Made by a program: the position numbers and the translations under genes
Part shown: positions 16,285 through 19,008 of the stretch, piece by piece
Position numbering within the stretch: position 1 is the stretch's first letter
Layout: each line of letters starts with the position of its first letter
Source of the DNA: an uncultured archaeon
Lineage (GTDB): Archaea > Asgardarchaeota > Thorarchaeia > Thorarchaeales > CAZPUN01
Assembly: GCA_964589775.1 (NCBI GenBank)
Contig: CAZPUN010000046.1
Span: 1 to 19,008, forward strand
Direction of reading: 5' to 3'
Length of the DNA stretch: 19,008 nucleotides
The notes under the pieces: model-generated
Seen by the model: the letters and a program-made list of their open reading frames with translations, nothing else
Database searches by the model: none
What the model was told of the DNA's origin: nothing

Positions 16285-17205
16285 TTACCTCCTCAATCTT
16301 GGATCCATGATGTCTCTCATTCCGTCGCCCATGAGGTTAAATGCAAGTACTGCAAAGAATATCGCAAGTCCCGGGAACAGAACCTCCCACGGATACTGTA
16401 AGAAGTATTGTTGTCCTGCTGCAATCATCCAACCCCACTCAGGAGCTCCTGCTTCTGCACCAAATCCGATAAAGCTAAGACCTGCTGCAGTAAGCAATAC
16501 ACCACCTAAGTCCATTGTAGCTGCAACAATAAGTGGTTGAATTGAGTTTGGAATTATGTGCTTAAAGATGATTCTAAGGTCACTTGCACCGACTGAACGT
16601 GCGGCTTCAACATATAGTTTTTCACGCTCTGCAAGTGCTTGAGCACGAATAAGTCGAGTATATCCTGGCCACCACACAAACATAAGGGCAAACATGATAT
16701 TTTGTAATGACCTACCTATGACTGTAACAATTGCCATAGCAAGAATCAATCCGGGAAATGCAAAGAATATATCTGTGATACGCATGATTAATTCATCATA
16801 TTTTCCGCCAAGATATCCTGATGAGGCACCTAAGATCGTTCCAAATGTTGCTGTTACGAGAACGACTATCAAAGCCATACCAAAGTCTACTCTAGTACCC
16901 CAGATAACTCTGCTAAATATGTCCATTCCATAATTATCTGTACCAAACAGATGTCCATTTGTTAATGGGGGTAGGTTTCTGTTTGATAGGTCTATTAATT
17001 CGGGATCGTAAGGTGCAATCCATGGTGCAAATATCGCTATGAACACATAAAATAAGGTGATAACAATACCTGTGATAACTAATGGGTTTTGCTTTAGCAA
17101 GTGCAACGAATATTTGAACTCTTTAATATGAGGCTTGAGGTCCTCTTTCCACAATTCGAATCGTGAAAATTCTTGTTCTTCATTAGCTTGTATTTGTTCT
17201 GTCAA
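16285..17205 (-). CDS. oppC: Oligo/dipeptide ABC transporter permease
   Basis: HLFGTDNYGMDIFSR, EAA loop YVEAARSVGA, LSFIGFG..PEWG and GDGMRDIMDPR. TTG start after GGAGGAG. Confidence 0.95.
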   Translation of the reverse strand: MTEQIQANEEQEFSRFELWKEDLKPHIKEFKYSLHLLKQNPLVITGIVITLFYVFIAIFAPWIAPYDPELIDLSNRNLPPLTNGHLFGTDNYGMDIFSRVIWGTRVDFGMALIVVLVTATFGTILGASSGYLGGKYDELIMRITDIFFAFPGLILAMAIVTVIGRSLQNIMFALMFVWWPGYTRLIRAQALAEREKLYVEAARSVGASDLRIIFKHIIPNSIQPLIVAATMDLGGVLLTAAGLSFIGFGAEAGAPEWGWMIAAGQQYFLQYPWEVLFPGLAIFFAVLAFNLMGDGMRDIMDPRLRR

Positions 17206-17216
17206 TTTAACTCCTC

Positions 17217-18260
17217 CTAACTGTATCTAATTCTTGGGTCTAGAATTCCATATAGCAGGTCTACTAAGAGATTCATTATCACGAAGATAAATGCCACAAG
17301 TAATGTGAATCCATTAATCGCAGCAAAATCTGTTGTGAGAATTGCAGCTGTAGACCATTGACCCAAGCCATGCCATGCAAATATGGTTTCCGTAAGAACT
17401 GCACCTGTCATTAATCCACCGAATGCTAAACCGATGACGGTTACTGTTGGAATTAATGCATTTCTTAACGCATGACGATATATTACCACGCGTTCGGAAA
17501 GTCCTTTGGCTCTTGCAAGCAATATATAATCTTCTTTTAGAACTTCAAGCATGCTTGATCTCATCATTCTTGTAATTAATGCCATGGATATGTAACCTAA
17601 ACAGAATGCTGGCATTATTAGATGTATTAGTGCGCTCCAGAAGAATACAAAGTTTCCTTGGATTAATGAGTCGAACAAGTATAAACCTGTTATTCTTTTG
17701 ATTGGATACAATATTTCAACGAGGTGGTCTACACGTCCTACATTTGGTAGGTATGGTAATCCCCATTGCCAGAATTTGTAATAGAATATGTATTTCAACA
17801 TTAGCGCAAGCCAGAAGACTGGTAGTGAAACACCACTTAATGCAATGATTCTAGTTAATTGATCAATCCATTGATCCTTATGGGTGGCTGAAACAATACC
17901 CAATGGTATACCTAAGCCAACTGAAAATACCATTGCAGCCATTGCTAATTCAAAGGTTGCTGGAAAGAATGTTGCAATAGCAGCTGTTACATCCATATGA
18001 ACTGCCATAGAATAGCCCCAGTCGCCTGTGATTACATCTCTCAAATAGAAAAAGAACTGCTCCCAGATCGGTCTATCAAGACCATGCTGGTGAATAATTG
18101 CCGGAATGGCTTCTGGGGGTGTTCTTTCAGTCACATAGGCCGCAGCCGGGTTTCCTATTACGTGTGATAAAAAGAATGTTATAAACAACGCCCCTAATAT
18201 AACTGGGATAGATAGTATAATCCTTCTTATAATATAGTCTCGTACTTTCACAATCACCAC
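17217..18260 (-). CDS. oppB: Oligo/dipeptide ABC transporter permease
   Basis: YIIRRI, GLDRP, PATFELA, HLIMPA, ARAKGL..HALRNA and DPRIRY. The start may be GTG 18251. Confidence 0.95.
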   Translation of the reverse strand: MVIVKVRDYIIRRIILSIPVILGALFITFFLSHVIGNPAAAYVTERTPPEAIPAIIHQHGLDRPIWEQFFFYLRDVITGDWGYSMAVHMDVTAAIATFFPATFELAMAAMVFSVGLGIPLGIVSATHKDQWIDQLTRIIALSGVSLPVFWLALMLKYIFYYKFWQWGLPYLPNVGRVDHLVEILYPIKRITGLYLFDSLIQGNFVFFWSALIHLIMPAFCLGYISMALITRMMRSSMLEVLKEDYILLARAKGLSERVVIYRHALRNALIPTVTVIGLAFGGLMTGAVLTETIFAWHGLGQWSTAAILTTDFAAINGFTLLVAFIFVIMNLLVDLLYGILDPRIRYS

Positions 18261-18677
18261 ATTCCTTAATTTTTTAAGGAACCTTGCTACAATTAACCGA
18301 AGAACACTCTGTTTTAAATGTTCCTAGCTAAGTAATTTTTTTATGTTAGAAGAAGTTCATATATAATATAAATTGTTTCTTTTAACCTTTTACATAAGCG
18401 CCTTTTATATTTACACTTGTTGGTTTTAATATTATAATTTGCCAAATATTTTTTTGCAAAAAAACTACTAATATTCTTCAAATATACTTGGATTTGTTAT
18501 CTTTTTTATATTTTTTTTCTCATTCTAAAATCCGTTTAAAGGTTTTACAAGCAAAAATAATGCCATAACATATATATACTTTATTTTTATCTATTGATAG
18601 AATGAGCATTCCTGCTTATGCAGGTTTGACCCGTAGTATAATCGCTTAATTATGGCGATTGTACTTCTTACAAAATA

Positions 18678-18696
18678 GAAAAGTTATTATATATGA
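18678..18696 (+). promoter_or_regulatory. Candidate BRE/TATA promoter for the substrate-binding protein gene
   Basis: GAAAAGTTATTATATATG. Confidence 0.45.
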
Positions 18697-18790
18697 ATCG
18701 TTGATAAATAAAATAAGCTTGCTATAAATAGCCGTATGGCTATGAGGCAACTAATATGGAAGACGATACAACTTTGAGGAGGAATCGAAA

Positions 18791-19008
18791 ATAGAAAAGA
18801 ATCAAATGATAGCTCTCGTAGTAGTTGTACTCGTCGTTGCCGGTGTTGGTGGATTTTTATTCTTTAACCAAGCACCAACTGGATTTAATTTCCAGAACCA
18901 AATTGTCACAATTCAGACAATTGGTGACCCAGATTACATGGACCCCCATGTAAACTATGAAAGTTACGGCAGCGAGTTACACTACAATATTTACGAGACG
19001 CTTTACAC
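18791..19008 (+). CDS. oppA: 5' part of a family-5 (OppA/DppA) substrate-binding protein with an N-terminal membrane anchor (truncated by the window; absent from the ORF track)
   Basis: Translated by hand: (M)EKNQMIALVVVVLVVAGVGGFLFFNQAPTGFNFQNQIVTIQTIGDPDYMDPHVNYESYGSELHYNIYETLY. The pattern GDPxxxDP...NIYETL is typical of family 5 SBPs. The start is ATA 18791 or ATG 18806. Confidence 0.88.
   Translation, partial: MEKNQMIALVVVVLVVAGVGGFLFFNQAPTGFNFQNQIVTIQTIGDPDYMDPHVNYESYGSELHYNIYETLY

Noticed and set aside
1-19008. CRISPR arrays, tRNA/rRNA, RNase P or SRP RNA, fluoride riboswitch, transposases
   Set aside because: No periodic repeats, cloverleaf structures or consensus motifs were found on manual reading.

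Overview
AT-rich, gene-dense archaeal-type chromosomal window. The archaeal call rests on an archaeal TyrRS, an XPD/Rad3 helicase, MEMO1, BRE/TATA-like promoters and GGTGA/GGAGG ribosome-binding sites. An Asgard or TACK origin is plausible but cannot be established from the sequence alone. The left ~7 kb is a surface-glycan/polyol-phosphate cluster. It contains a CDS missing from the ORF track (<1-885, minus strand) with IPCT/DIPPS architecture, in which the nucleotidyltransferase domain has lost its catalytic motifs. This gene is divergent from a Bcs1-type bifunctional CDP-ribitol synthase (IspD/TarI + SDR), and is followed by a MOP/Wzx flippase, a GT4 glycosyltransferase and WecB. The bcs1-like gene is flanked on both sides by unusually structured intergenic blocks that share short motifs. 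The middle holds housekeeping genes: MEMO1, hxlB, a membrane protein, tyrS, a GNAT and xpd. The right end is an opp/dpp BCDF peptide ABC transporter operon, divergent from a truncated family-5 substrate-binding protein gene that is also missing from the ORF track. The best candidate for an undescribed system is a CDP-ribitol (or CDP-pentitol) dependent phosphodiester pathway in an archaeon, possibly controlled by a structured leader RNA. No rRNA, tRNA, CRISPR array or transposase was seen.
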